From: Candidatus Latescibacterota bacterium | Lineage (GTDB): Bacteria > Latescibacterota > UBA2968 | Assembly (NCBI GenBank): GCA_965198115.1 | Contig: OZ240241.1 | Span: 3,328,001 to 3,392,000 of the forward strand | Length of the DNA stretch: 64,000 nucleotides | Direction of reading: 5' to 3' | In this document: positions 1-10,715 of the stretch, piece after piece | Layout: each line of letters begins with the position of its first letter | Position numbering within the stretch: the stretch's first letter is position 1 | Translations under genes and position numbers: made by a program | Notes under the pieces: model-generated | Told to the model about the DNA's origin: nothing | Databases searched by the model: none | What the model saw: the letters and a program-made list of their open reading frames with translations, nothing else

Positions 1-1
1 G

Positions 2-115
2 GCAATCTTGCGGCGTCACTCGAACGTGGCCCTGAGCATCATTCGTACCCTCACGCGTCGTCTTCGAGAAACCGACGCGGGGGCATCCCAACAGGCCGAA
101 AAGGGATCCGAATGA
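2..115 (+). CDS. 3' end of a probable cyclic-nucleotide-binding (CAP/Crp-like) domain protein, partial
   Basis: Frame 2 reads AILRRHSNVALSIIRTLTRRLRETD..., resembling the C-helix of cNMP-binding domains; its TGA overlaps the next ATG (ATGA at 112-115). Confidence 0.5.
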   Translation, partial: AILRRHSNVALSIIRTLTRRLRETDAGASQQAEKGSE

Positions 116-2572
116 AGCTATCCGCGTTCCTGCTCACCTTCCTCATCTCGCTCTTCACGCTCTCCCAGGTCCAGGCCCAGGTCGGACCGTCGTTCAGTCT
201 GGCAGCGTCCACGCGATCGGAACTGAAGGCCTCGCGTCTTCTGGACGACCTCGCCGTCCATCTCGTCCTGACCCTCGGCTACACCGAATCGTCGGCCGAC
301 GCCCGAAACTGGCGAATCGAGAGCCTGCCCGGCCTACGCGGGAAACGCTACTTCATCCGTGCGCATCCACAAGTCGGCACGCAGACCGTCGAATTGGCTT
401 TTCGACGGGCATCTGCCGGTGGTCTTGAGCTTCTCGCCTACGGGCAACAGTTCGACCCCCAGGGCCGTGTCTACACCAATCCCGACCTGACCGGTCTCCA
501 GACCCGCGCAACCGGCCTCGTGACAGCCGCGACCGCACCCCCGACCGGCCCTCAGACATACGGCTACGAACTCTACCAGCTCAGCTACCTGCAGGCGGAC
601 CGGGCCATCGCCATGCTCAAGACCCTCGGCTACACCACCGTCGAATACTCCGCCTCCGCCGGCGAGACGCTGAACGATCGGATCTACAACAGCTACATGA
701 GCGGCCAATGGAAGCTCCCGGCAATCGTCAAAATGATCGACGCGACCAAGACGAGCCTCATGGACCCGCCTCCGGCAGGATCCTATCCACAACAACAGCA
801 AGCCTACGGAGCCGTGACGACACTCGGCGGAACGTTTCTGCATCAAATGACCTCCGGGGAGCCGCAGCAGCGGATCATGATCGTCTACGACGAGAACGAT
901 ATAGAGCCGCTGCAGAGCCTCCTCAATCTTCTCCGCCAGAAGCTGGACCAACCCGCGCGTCAAATCGTAATCGAGGCGCTCGTCATCGAAGTCAACACCG
1001 ATAAAGTCAAACAGCTGGGTCTGGATTTCCACTCCGGCGACGGGGATGTCAGCACCGGATTCGGGTTCGATCAGAGCAATCCCTCCTTTGCCACGCGGAC
1101 AGAGCAGCCCTTTTCGTTCCAGATCTGGCGCAATGCCCTGAGCGACGTGATGACCTTCCGACTCAAGCTCACCGGTCTGATCGAGTCGGGTGACGCCGAG
1201 ATTCTGTCAAGCCCGAGCGTGCTCGTCCTGGACGGCCGCCAGGCCCGGATTCAGATCGGCCAGCAAGTCCCGGTTTCGAAATCGGTATCGACCACCGCCG
1301 GATTCGCCTCGGGCGTCGAATACATCCAGACCGGGATCGTCCTCAACCTCCGACCCCGCATCAGCGAAGACGGCAGCGAAATCTCCATGCAGGTCGAGAC
1401 GATCGTCAGCGCCGTCAACGAGGCCCTCAGTATCGAGGAAACGGCCCAGAACGTCCTGCTGGCCCCTCGTATCGACAACCGGCAGGTCCAGACGTTCGTC
1501 CGCGTCGCAGACAACACGCCGTTCATCATTGGCGGTCTGATTTCCACCGATATCCGCGAAAAAACGACCGGCATCCCCCTCCGCTCGCAGATCCCGATCC
1601 TCGGGGTGCCCTTCCGTCGCAAGTCGACTGACGTCATCAAGAAAGAAGTCATCGTGTCCTCACACCCCACGTCGTGCCCGTCGGCGAGAAGAGCTTCAGC
1701 TACGTCATCCCGAAGGATTCCGATATGTTCAACGCCTTCGGAAACCTCCTCTTTCGGAACGCCTACCGGCTGCGGGACGATGATATTTTCGATCTTAAGT
1801 TCCTCTACGAGAGTGAAATATTCCAATCACTTCTCGGAACGTTACAAACCCAGGCTGATGCAGAACCCGGCTTTGATCGCGAGGAGCCCTACGCCTCCCT
1901 ATTGGTCGGGGCAGTCCCTGGAGAGGAAATCATCGTCCGCCGGATGCTCTGGGAGATTGCGCTCAAAACCGGTTTTGGGGATAACATCGAAGCCAATCGT
2001 ATTATCGTGTTCGAAGATGACGCAGCGGCCCCCGACAGCAGCGGATTCCGGACACGTTTCCTTCACCAACTTCTCGCCGGTCGCGAGACCGGCGGTGGAA
2101 ACACCCTGGTCCTTCGCTTCGACGCCAGCAACAAGGGCACGGCCAAGCACCCGTTCGTACCGCCCAAGGCGAGCATCGGCTACGAGTCGCTCGGGTCCCC
2201 CGACGCCTACGTCAATCGTCTGATGCGAGGGAACCTGGGGAACCCGACGGAACCGCCAACGAGTGGACGCTCCTCCTGTCCGACGTCAACCCGACAGGCG
2301 TCCGTGGGGCAACAACCCTCCAGGTCCTGCAGAGCGTCCTCGTCCTCAAACGCCTCCTTGCGCTAAACACGAGCCTCCCCCTGACCATCAGAGAGTTCCG
2401 TGTGGGACGCCAGATCATCTTTCCGACGGAGCAGGACCTGAAGCAGCGCTTCCTCATCATCGACCGAGACGCGGCGATGTTTTTCTACGAAGTCATTCAG
2501 TACTATCCCGAGTTCGAAAGATCGTTCAATCGCGAGACCCAACGCATCACCGCCCTCCTGAACGCCCGTTAG
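112..2572 (+). CDS. Secretin (GspD/PilQ/RcpA-like) with long C-terminal extension; two apparent frameshifts (~1657, ~2240)
   Basis: Signal peptide; secretin motifs LDQPARQIVIEALVIEV, ILSSPSVLVLDGRQARIQIGQQVP, GIVLNLRPRI, QTFVRVADNTPFIIGGLI, IPILGVPFR. The reading continues in ORF 1674-2366 and then in a third frame to TAG at 2570-2572. Confidence 0.8.
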
Positions 2573-2585
2573 TCACCGCTCCGCT

Positions 2586-3203
2586 GTGACCGCCCCCGAG
2601 CACCCGGTTCGCAGCTACTATCGCCGAACGGCCTCGGTCTACGACGCCACACGCTGGACCTTCCTTTACGACCGCCGCTTCGCGGTCCGTGCGCTCGAAC
2701 TCGCAGCCGGGGACGCCATTCTTGAGATCGGCGCCGGAACCGGTCACAACGTATCTGCATTCTCAGACGCTGTCGGTCCCGGTGGCCAGGTCACCCTCCT
2801 CGATTTCTCTCTGCCGATGCTGCGCCGCGCCCTGACCAGAAAAGCCGGTCCCGGGGCGTGCCGGGTCGACCACATCTGCGCCGACGGCTCACGCTTCGTC
2901 CTCAGACGCACGTATGATGCCATTCTCTTCTCCTACAGTCTCAGCCTGATTCCGGATCGCCAGGCCGCGCTCCAAGCAGCGATCGATCATCTCGAGCCGG
3001 GGGGTCGGCTCTGTGTCCTCGATTTCGGCAGGATGGATCGGTGGGGCCCTCTGCGTTGGGGGCTTCGCTGGTGGTTGGGACGGCACAGCGTCCAGCCGAT
3101 CTGGGAAGACCTGGTCCGTTTCGGTTCCCAACTCGAAAACTTCCGCATCGATGGTCGGAAACTTGGATGGACGCTCATCGCCGTCGGACATCGCGCGTCG
3201 TAG
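2586..3203 (+). CDS. Class I SAM-dependent methyltransferase
   Basis: Motif I ILEIGAGTG, LLDFS, YDAILFSYSL, LEPGGRL. Confidence 0.85.
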   Translation: MTAPEHPVRSYYRRTASVYDATRWTFLYDRRFAVRALELAAGDAILEIGAGTGHNVSAFSDAVGPGGQVTLLDFSLPMLRRALTRKAGPGACRVDHICADGSRFVLRRTYDAILFSYSLSLIPDRQAALQAAIDHLEPGGRLCVLDFGRMDRWGPLRWGLRWWLGRHSVQPIWEDLVRFGSQLENFRIDGRKLGWTLIAVGHRAS

Positions 3204-3451
3204 CCTCTCTTTGCGTCCCTGTGCTCAGCACGAGGGCGCCGTTACCGACCCATCGGTACGTATCCTGCCTGCAACACGTGTGCGATCGGACCACAACGTC
3301 TTGTCCATTCACACGTCGAAATGCATTCCCCTAACCATTTGCCCCCCACAGGCCATTGCAACGTTGATCCCAAGACCGTGTCTTCCGGCACGGGGCTTGC
3401 CTGGGTATCTTTCGACCACGCCCCGTCCTGCCGATCACCTGGAGGTAACCG

Positions 3452-4366
3452 ATGACGCTTCGTCGTGCCACGCTTTTCGCCACGCTCATCCTCGCCCTTT
3501 CCACGCCCGCCTGGTGCATCTCGATTTCGATCGGAACGGACGCCATCCCGGGCGAGGTCATCCTCGATCTCACCGACCTCGAAGACACGGGCATCATCAT
3601 CGACCCGGGTCGTCGAGGTCGCATCACCATTCCCGTCCGTGGACGTGAAGATCGCCCGATCGAGCATCCCACGATGCAGGGCGATCTCCTCATCAATCCG
3701 ATCGGTAACGGCTACGCCCAGGACGTCAATGTCTACAACCCGATACACGATCTGCCCCTCGGCGCACCGCCCCCGGACTTCAGCTACCTCAACCGCGTAC
3801 GAGCCTTCTTCTCCTCTGCCAGTGGCGGTTTCGGCATGCGGATAGGCTACGATCGCCGTTTGCAGGAGGATCTGCGGCTCACCGCCGCGACTGAACTCCT
3901 GACCTACGGTCTGCGCCGATCAGTAGACATCCTGAACGCTGACCTGCCCCCCAACGTCACTCGAATCACCCTCGTGTCGTTGCCGGTCGGTCTCCAGCAG
4001 CAGTTCGGGACGTCAAGACGTGTCATCCCGCACGTCGGATTCGGCGCGGGTCCCGTCGTGCGCTTCGATCATCGCCCGCAGCCCGGCTACTACCCGACCA
4101 CCTACGGATCGACGGGTTATTATCCGACCGTCTACGGCCCCTCGAATGGCCTCAGCGTCAACGCCTACCTCAGCGATTTCCCCGCGATGTCCCTGACGGT
4201 CGGTGGCTTTGTGGAGAGCGGCGTCGACATCCGGGTTGGCAGTGAGAAGGATCTCGCCGTCACTATCGGGGGTCGCTACAGCTTCACACGATTCACGGAC
4301 AGCCTTGGGAATCCTGGCGATTTCAGCGGATTGAGTCTTGCAGTGGGGTTTGGGAAGTACTTCTAG
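3452..4366 (+). CDS. Exported hypothetical protein, probable outer-membrane beta-barrel
   Basis: N-terminal signal peptide, amphipathic strands, C-terminal GLSLAVGFGKYF (terminal Phe); SD GGAGG upstream. Confidence 0.6.
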   Translation: MTLRRATLFATLILALSTPAWCISISIGTDAIPGEVILDLTDLEDTGIIIDPGRRGRITIPVRGREDRPIEHPTMQGDLLINPIGNGYAQDVNVYNPIHDLPLGAPPPDFSYLNRVRAFFSSASGGFGMRIGYDRRLQEDLRLTAATELLTYGLRRSVDILNADLPPNVTRITLVSLPVGLQQQFGTSRRVIPHVGFGAGPVVRFDHRPQPGYYPTTYGSTGYYPTVYGPSNGLSVNAYLSDFPAMSLTVGGFVESGVDIRVGSEKDLAVTIGGRYSFTRFTDSLGNPGDFSGLSLAVGFGKYF

Positions 4367-4416
4367 GGGAGAAGGCAGGAGGCAGAAGTGAGAAGGGATT
4401 ACGCAATCCCATGACG

Positions 4417-4440
4417 GTGGGAGCGGCCTCCCGGCCGCGA
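4417..4440. repeat. REP-like palindrome (GTGGGAGCGGCCTCCCGGCCGCGA)
   Basis: GTGG/GTAG-type foot followed by a short GC-rich palindrome, intergenic. Confidence 0.5.
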
Positions 4441-4546
4441 ATGGGGTGCCTTGTGTCCTTTCGTGGCCATTGCCGCAGGGGCGGATGGCGATCCGCCCGC
4501 ATCGTGCACGCGTGACCCTCGCGTTGACCTTCGTCAATAAACAAAG

Positions 4547-4574
4547 AGGCCGCGATCCAACCGGATCGCGGCCT
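4547..4574. terminator. Hairpin terminator between convergent genes
   Basis: AGGCCGCGATCC-aacc-GGATCGCGGCCT, 12-bp perfect stem with A/T flanks. Confidence 0.65.
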
Positions 4575-4597
4575 TTCCCCTGTCCGTTTCGCGGGGA

Positions 4598-5638
4598 TCA
4601 GGTTCTCGTGACGCGTGGCACACGTCTCAGACGAGTCTGAATGTCTCGTGGGGCGTTTGGCCAGGCGTCGAGGGTCGTCTGCACCGCTTTGTGCGAGTCC
4701 GACACGGCGTGGCCGAGTTGAATCAGGAGTTCTGACAGACGTTGCTGGGCCGCCGCGCCGACGACCTTCATCTTCTCCACCGTCGCCTCGACGATCTGTT
4801 GGGCATCGCACGACGTCAGCGAAGACAGCAGCAGGCGCATCGTTCGAATCCGATCGTTCCAGAAGTCGCGCGTCGAACTCACGGTATCCGCCACGGCCTG
4901 TGCGAAGCTGTCCGTCACACCGGCCTGGGCCACGGCCTCCGTGAACAGCTCGGTCACGACGCGTCGCCGTTCGCGTCGCGCCAGCCCCGGCCAGATCGCC
5001 TTCGCCGTACGCGTCACCTCGTCATCCGCCGTGAGCAAGGCGCGGACGAAAGCGCCCTGGTCGACGCGCGTCAACAAACGAAACGCACGATCCGTCGGGT
5101 CTCCTTTCGATTCCGGGAATTCCGCCGTCATCAGGTAGGACAGAATCCAATCCGCCGCGCCCTCCGGCCGATGCAACACCTCGAGCAAGCGGACCTCGAT
5201 CTCCGGCTCCAAACCAGAGAAGTAAGCGTCGAGCGCGAACCCCCACCCCTCAGGCGACTCCGGCAACCCCATCACCGCCTCGCCGGCGACATCGGGCGAC
5301 ACGTGATCGATCAACCGGGCTGCCCCGGTCGACCCCTGGAGGGAAAAGACCAGCGCGCGTCTGGCTTCGGGATCGCGTTCCCCCGCGGCAGCCGCTGTCA
5401 GCGGATCCACCAGCGCCGCAAACGTTGCCGCCGCACGATGGAAACCGAGCACCTGAGCCGCCGTCGTACGCCACGCTGGATCTTCCGCTTTCCGTGCGAA
5501 CTCTGCGAGCGCGATCGCATCCAGCTGACCGATTGACATCCGCTTCAATCGTCGCACCGCGTCGGTTCGCACGAGACCTTCCGTGTTCTCCGACGCGCTC
5601 TGTATCAGCTCGAGCAGTTCCTGTTGTCCGTTCGTCAT
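4598..5638 (-). CDS. Hypothetical alpha-helical (HEAT-like repeat) protein
   Basis: Likely start MTNGQQELL overlaps the upstream stop (ATGA); HEAT-like segments WRTTAAQVLG and ERDPEARRALVFSL. Confidence 0.55.
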   Translation of the reverse strand: MTNGQQELLELIQSASENTEGLVRTDAVRRLKRMSIGQLDAIALAEFARKAEDPAWRTTAAQVLGFHRAAATFAALVDPLTAAAAGERDPEARRALVFSLQGSTGAARLIDHVSPDVAGEAVMGLPESPEGWGFALDAYFSGLEPEIEVRLLEVLHRPEGAADWILSYLMTAEFPESKGDPTDRAFRLLTRVDQGAFVRALLTADDEVTRTAKAIWPGLARRERRRVVTELFTEAVAQAGVTDSFAQAVADTVSSTRDFWNDRIRTMRLLLSSLTSCDAQQIVEATVEKMKVVGAAAQQRLSELLIQLGHAVSDSHKAVQTTLDAWPNAPRDIQTRLRRVPRVTRT

Positions 5639-6322
5639 TCGGTCGCCTGGCCCGCTGTCGCCCGACCCGTGGCCGCGCGCTCCAGATCCAGCATCTCCAC
5701 GCCCTTCGTGTAGGCCTTCGACTCCCACTTGGTGAGACGAGAGATTCGATCCACCATACGCGCGATATCCGTACCCGATTCCACGATCTGTGTCAGCAGG
5801 CTGCGCGCCTCACCTTTCCGCGCCAGGAGGCCCTTCAACCGAAGGATGTCCGCGCTGCCCTGGATCACCATCAACGAATTGTTGATCTCGTGATTCGCGG
5901 CCACCATCGTCGACAACGCGCCCCGTAAACGCTCGTTTTCCTGCCACGTGAAGAAATTGCGGATCCGGTAGACGAGAACCTCGACCCGTTCTGGATGGAG
6001 CACGGACTTGCTGATGTAATCGATCACACCGGCTTTCAGCCCGTTGGCCTCCCTTTCCGGGTTATCTTCGACCGTCAGAAACATGACCGGTATCTGACTC
6101 GTATCATCCACGACACGCAGGGCCTCGAGCTACGTCATAGCCTCCAAGCCCCGGCATCTGCACGTCCAGCAGGATCAGATCGGGCGTGTAGTCTTGAGCG
6201 ACGGCCACCGCCTGCGGCCCACTCGATGCGGAGAGCACTTTGAACCCCTCGGGCTCGAGCGCCGCTCTGACATACGTCGTCACTGTGATATCGTCGTCGA
6301 CGGTGAGTATTGTTCGATCCAT
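5635..6322 (-). CDS. Response regulator receiver plus HisKA-like helical domain; apparent frameshift ~6140
   Basis: ILTVDDD...PDLILLDVQMPGLGGY in ORF 6104-6322 joins IPVMFLT...GVIDYISK and HEINNSL in ORF 5635-6111. Confidence 0.75.
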
Positions 6323-6600
6323 AACCTTGCTCCGGGCTGTTGGAGTTAAAGATGGATGATGGAGTAGACGTTGGTTTTCAGTGGTCCGCTAACCGTTATC
6401 CGTTTGCCGTTGAGAACCAGGCCCCGCACGAACGTCGTTAAGAACCTGCGACGAGCGAATGCGAGGGGTGTCGCCGAGTGAAGTATCGGAACGTATGATT
6501 GTCCGTGGGCCGGTACGTGCTCGATGGGCGGGAGAGGTGCCCACCAGACACGCCCGGCCAACGGACAATGGTCAAAGAAGGGCCCCCCGACCGGCCCCGG

Positions 6601-6621
6601 GGCGGCATAGGCCGCCTTTTT
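6601..6621 (+). terminator. Intrinsic terminator-like hairpin
   Basis: GGCGGC-atag-GCCGCC followed by TTTTT. Confidence 0.45.
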
Positions 6622-6634
6622 GTTTCAAGCGATA

Positions 6635-7800
6635 GTGTCACGTCCCGCGTATAAGCTTCAAAAGTTTATGGACTTTCTCGAGGATTGAATCTGCCGTGGC
6701 GGTCCAGACGAAGGGTGTAGAATTCTCGTTGTAGTGATCAGTGAATTTCTTGATGCAGGCGATCAGGTCCTTGACGCTTCTGAAGGTGCCTCGTCGAATG
6801 GCTCTTTGGGTGATGATACCGAACCAGATCTCTACCTGGTTCAGCCAGGAGGCATATGTTGGTGTGTAGTGCACGTGATATCGTTTCCGTGAGGCGAGCC
6901 AACGCTTGACGTTCGGGTGCTTGTGCGTGCCGTAATTATCGACGACCAGATGGATGTCGAGATCCTTTGGGACGTTCTTGTCGATGTGCTTGAGGAACTG
7001 AAGGAACTCTTTGTTGCGGTGTCTGGGCTTGCACTGAGTCAGAACTTTGCCGGATGCGATGTTGAGCGCTGCAAAGAGGGTGGTCGTGCCGTTCCGGATA
7101 TAGCTGTGAGTGACGCCCTCGACGTATCCGAGACCCAAAGGAAGAATCGGTTGTGTCCGTTCGAGTGCTTGAATCTGGCTCTTCTCGTCTACACAGAGCA
7201 CCATCGCGTTGTCCGGTGGGTTCAGGTATAGACCGACGATATCCCTGACTTTCTCGACGAAGAAGGGATCGTTCGACAGTTTGAAGTGCTTCTGTCGATG
7301 CGGTTGCAGTCCAAAAGCTTTCCATACACGTTGAACCGAGGACTTGGAGAGCCCCGTCTCGTCGGCCATCGAACGACAGGTCCAGTGGGTGGCACCCTTC
7401 GGTTGCTTCTTGAGCGTCTTGTAGATGAGGGAGGAGATCTCTTCGTCGCTGACCGACCGTGGCCCTCCAGGACGCAATTCGTCATACAGTCCCATCAAGC
7501 CTTGCTCGCAGAAGCGACGACGCCACTTGCCGACAGACGCTCCGGACAACCCGACTCGTTCCGCGATCTCCTGATTGGTCAGACCGCAATCGCTCATCAA
7601 GACGATCTTCGCGCGACGCACCAAAGCGTGAGACATGCTACGCGAACGAGACAATGACTCGAGTTGATCGTGGACCTCATCACTGATGTTCAGTGGCTGT
7701 AACGGACGACCTCTAGCCATCGGTTCCTCCCAAGAATGAGTGCTTGAGGAACCATACGACAGAATCGAATATTTTTCTAGTTATTCCTGGGACGTGACAC
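6635..7800 (-). mobile_element. IS630-family insertion sequence
   Basis: Terminal inverted repeats GTGTCACGTCCC / GGGACGTGACAC, flanked by a TA duplication (6633-34, 7801-02). Confidence 0.95.
6638..7720 (-). CDS. IS630-family transposase
   Basis: HTH N-terminus; DDE motifs CVDEKSQIQAL, VVDNYGTHK, SWLNQVEIWF. Confidence 0.95.
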   Translation of the reverse strand: MARGRPLQPLNISDEVHDQLESLSRSRSMSHALVRRAKIVLMSDCGLTNQEIAERVGLSGASVGKWRRRFCEQGLMGLYDELRPGGPRSVSDEEISSLIYKTLKKQPKGATHWTCRSMADETGLSKSSVQRVWKAFGLQPHRQKHFKLSNDPFFVEKVRDIVGLYLNPPDNAMVLCVDEKSQIQALERTQPILPLGLGYVEGVTHSYIRNGTTTLFAALNIASGKVLTQCKPRHRNKEFLQFLKHIDKNVPKDLDIHLVVDNYGTHKHPNVKRWLASRKRYHVHYTPTYASWLNQVEIWFGIITQRAIRRGTFRSVKDLIACIKKFTDHYNENSTPFVWTATADSILEKVHKLLKLIRGT

Positions 7801-7875
7801 TATAAGCCCAAACCTTAATCGCTGGTAGATGTCCCGGCCAACGGTTCACGGCTCACGGCCAACGTATTCTTTCTT

Positions 7876-8067
7876 CTAAACGCTTTCCTCTCGCGATCCG
7901 TTTCGGAGCCGACGAGCGAAAGCCTGGGCCGCACGCGTAATCCACCGCCCGTTCTGCGGTGGTGTCGGTCGCACTTCCGCGGCGGGTTCCTCATGGGTCA
8001 CGAGCGGCTTTCGCACACGAAGTTCCGCCGTGGTGGTTTCTCTCGATTCGATCGGTTTGTGGTTCAT
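7876..8067 (-). CDS. Small hypothetical protein
   Basis: 63-aa ORF directly downstream of the kinase gene with a GGAG SD 8 nt upstream; no recognisable motif. Confidence 0.35.
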   Translation of the reverse strand: MNHKPIESRETTTAELRVRKPLVTHEEPAAEVRPTPPQNGRWITRAAQAFARRLRNGSREESV

Positions 8068-8081
8068 TCAAGCAGCTCCAG

Positions 8082-9398
8082 TCACGACGGAATGGATCGT
8101 GGCAGCGTCATCGACACGCGCACGCCGCCCAGTTCGCTGTCATCGATCGTCAGTGCGCCGCCGTGTGCTTCGACCACACGCGCGCAGATGGAGAGACCCA
8201 GTCCCAGTCCGTTGACCCGGCCGTCGCCCTTCTGGACCTGGTAGAATCGTTCCAGTACACGTTGCCGTTCAGCTTTTGGAATCCCTGGACCGGAATCTTC
8301 GACTGCGATCACGACCGTGTCCCTGGAGGACTCGCTGTCGATCGCCACGACCCCTCCTCGCGGCGTGAACTTGATCGCGTTGTCGATCAGGTTGCCCACA
8401 CACTGCACCAGCCGGCGCTCGTCCACGCACATTCGCGTTGCCGCACTCGCACGCGTCTCCAGCCCCACACCTTGCTCCGTCGCGCGATTCCGAAAAGCCA
8501 GCTCGCAGCCGGCCAGCATCGCATCGATCGCGACCTCGTCCGTCGGACGGATGGCGAGCGGATCCCGCTCCAACCGCGCCAGGAACAACAGGTCGTCCAG
8601 CATCGCTCCAAGATGGGTCGAGGCCACACGGGCGTGGGGCAATAAGCCCTCGAGGTCGGGCGACGCCAGGTAACGATCGATCGTCATCAGCGGACGACGC
8701 AATTCGTGGCGAATCATCGAAAAGAAATCGTCTCGCGTCTGTTCCGCCTCCCGCTCGAACTGCTTTCGCTCTGTGACGTCCTTCACGATCACCACGACCC
8801 CTGCTTCGCTGCCCGTCGCCACGAACGGCCCCGCCGTCACCTCGATCGGCCTGTCCAGCGTTCGCTCAACCGTCACCTCTTCCTGCAACACCGTCTCCAA
8901 TCGCAGATCGAGATGGCCACACACATCCCGCGCAACCTCCGATGCATCCAGATCGAGGAGTTGCCGGCAGGCGTCATTGGCCTTCAGAAGGGAACCGTAG
9001 CGATCGAGCAGGAGTACGCCGACGGGTACGAGGTCCAGAATCGCCCGGACCTCTTCGCGCTGAACGGCCAGCGCATCCTGCGTGCGTGAGAGGGATTCGA
9101 GCTGCTTCAGCTCTTGCCGCGCGTCAGCATCCTGACGGCGGTGAATCGAAGCGAGTTGGCGAAGGTCTTCATAGAGATCGCCCGCGGGTTCGAAAACGAC
9201 TACTTCGTCGCGTTCGAGCAGCACGCCGCACCGGACCAAATCGGCCACGGCCGCATCGACCTGGGCAACCGGTCGTGCCTGACGAAGCGCCAGGGCGCCC
9301 CGTGTGCATTCGAGGAAGGGATTGACGAAAAAATCGGCCACGATCCGCGCCTTCAGGTCGATCACCTGCGGATCCAGGACGGCCGTCAAAGCGGACAT
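8082..9398 (-). CDS. PAS-domain sensor histidine kinase
   Basis: H-box HELRRPL, N-box GNLIDNAIKFT, G1 VEDSGPGIP, G2 GLGLGLSI; PAS-like segment (VPVGVLLLDRYG...KDVTERK). Confidence 0.9.
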   Translation of the reverse strand: MSALTAVLDPQVIDLKARIVADFFVNPFLECTRGALALRQARPVAQVDAAVADLVRCGVLLERDEVVVFEPAGDLYEDLRQLASIHRRQDADARQELKQLESLSRTQDALAVQREEVRAILDLVPVGVLLLDRYGSLLKANDACRQLLDLDASEVARDVCGHLDLRLETVLQEEVTVERTLDRPIEVTAGPFVATGSEAGVVVIVKDVTERKQFEREAEQTRDDFFSMIRHELRRPLMTIDRYLASPDLEGLLPHARVASTHLGAMLDDLLFLARLERDPLAIRPTDEVAIDAMLAGCELAFRNRATEQGVGLETRASAATRMCVDERRLVQCVGNLIDNAIKFTPRGGVVAIDSESSRDTVVIAVEDSGPGIPKAERQRVLERFYQVQKGDGRVNGLGLGLSICARVVEAHGGALTIDDSELGGVRVSMTLPRSIPS

Positions 9399-9919
9399 AC
9401 GTCTGCCCTTGGGACAACCGGGGAGCCCGCCGGTCCGGGAGGAGTCGGAAGCCGATTCGGGCTGGCTTATCTTAGGCTAACTAATGACGTAAGTCAATAT
9501 GAAATAGGGATTTGCGTTGCAAAACACAACGGGTTGTGGCCCTTGGGAAGTCAACCACATCATGCGTGGGCGAACAGGCGATCCTCCTTCGCGGCCTTGC
9601 CGGTTCGGAGGAGGAGAGCAACCACGGGTTGACGGTGGACGGAGAGACGGCTTCGCCCCATGTAACACGACAATGAGTATGGCAATGGGTAAAATCGCAG
9701 GTCTTCAGCCTGCGTGACTTTGCAAGACACCTTCAGCGAATTTACGTGGGGCTGAAGCCCCACGCAATTGTAGCGAAGCCGGCTGAAGCAGGCTAGGAGG
9801 CTACGACTCGCCCGAACTGGCGATTTTCGCTCCCAAAACGTCGGCGCAAGATCCGGCAAACGGCCGACGGTTCACGGCCCACGACGCTTTCGCCTCTACT
9901 GTTAATATTGTCTTTTTCT

Positions 9920-9966
9920 ACCCCATAGATTGTGCTATACTCTCACTTGGGCACAATATAATGGGG
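9920..9966 (+). promoter_or_regulatory. Tandem NrdR boxes upstream of nrdR-nrdJ
   Basis: ACCCCATAGATTGTGC (9920) and GCACAATATAATGGGG (9951) each match the acaCwAtATaTwGtgt consensus at 12/16 positions, with the typical 31-bp spacing. Confidence 0.8.
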
Positions 9967-10027
9967 TATGCGGAGGCGAATCGCCACGCCCGGAGAGGGT
10001 TCCAAGAAGGGATCCGGAGGAAGAGCT

Positions 10028-10486
10028 ATGCGGTGTCCGTATTGTGACGACGTCGAGGACAAGGTCGTCGATTCCCGATCCAGCAAGGAGGGGACGGCGA
10101 TTCGAAGGCGGCGCGAGTGCCTGAATTGCGGGCGTCGATTCACGACCTACGAATACATCGAAGACCAGCCGCTCACGATCATCAAATCCGATGGCCGGCG
10201 CGAGGCGTTCGACAAGAACAAGCTCTTCGCGAAAATCCAGATGGCGTGCAACAAACGCCCCATCGCCACTGCAGAAATCGAAGAACTCGTCGACCGCATC
10301 GAAGCCGAACTGATCGGTCGGGGCGAACGAGAGATTGCCGCAAATCCGACGATTGGCGAACTGGTAATGCAGGAGTTGAAAGCGGTAGACGAGGTCGCGT
10401 ACGTTCGTTTCGCATCCGTGTATCGGCAGTTCAAAGACCTGCGAGACTTTGAGAATCAACTCAGGGAGTTAGAAGCACAGAACTAG
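10028..10486 (+). CDS. nrdR: Transcriptional repressor NrdR
   Basis: MRCPYC...KVVDSR...[18 protein letters not shown] Zn ribbon, ATP-cone, [15 protein letters not shown]. Confidence 0.97.
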   Translation: MRCPYCDDVEDKVVDSRSSKEGTAIRRRRECLNCGRRFTTYEYIEDQPLTIIKSDGRREAFDKNKLFAKIQMACNKRPIATAEIEELVDRIEAELIGRGEREIAANPTIGELVMQELKAVDEVAYVRFASVYRQFKDLRDFENQLRELEAQN

Positions 10487-10715
10487 CGGTCGGGAACCGG
10501 CGTCCGGGAACCGGGAACCGAATTGGTCATTGGTAACTGGCCATTCGAAATTGGTCAGTTGTTGTCGATTACGAATTTGCAATTTCTAATGACCAATTCT
10601 CAATGGATCGTCCCCCCTTACCCAACCTCCTCTCCCCCGAACCCGCCCGTGTGTGCTCGTAACAGTGTAGCCGGGTCGCATTTCCTGTGATCCGGACCGG
10701 AGGCTTTGCGTTTAC

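Noticed and set aside
10488-10610. CRISPR array or cobalamin riboswitch between nrdR and nrdJ
   Set aside because: Only degenerate 7-bp-period repeats (similar at ~7842, 9860, 52894); no repeat-spacer structure or riboswitch core motifs.
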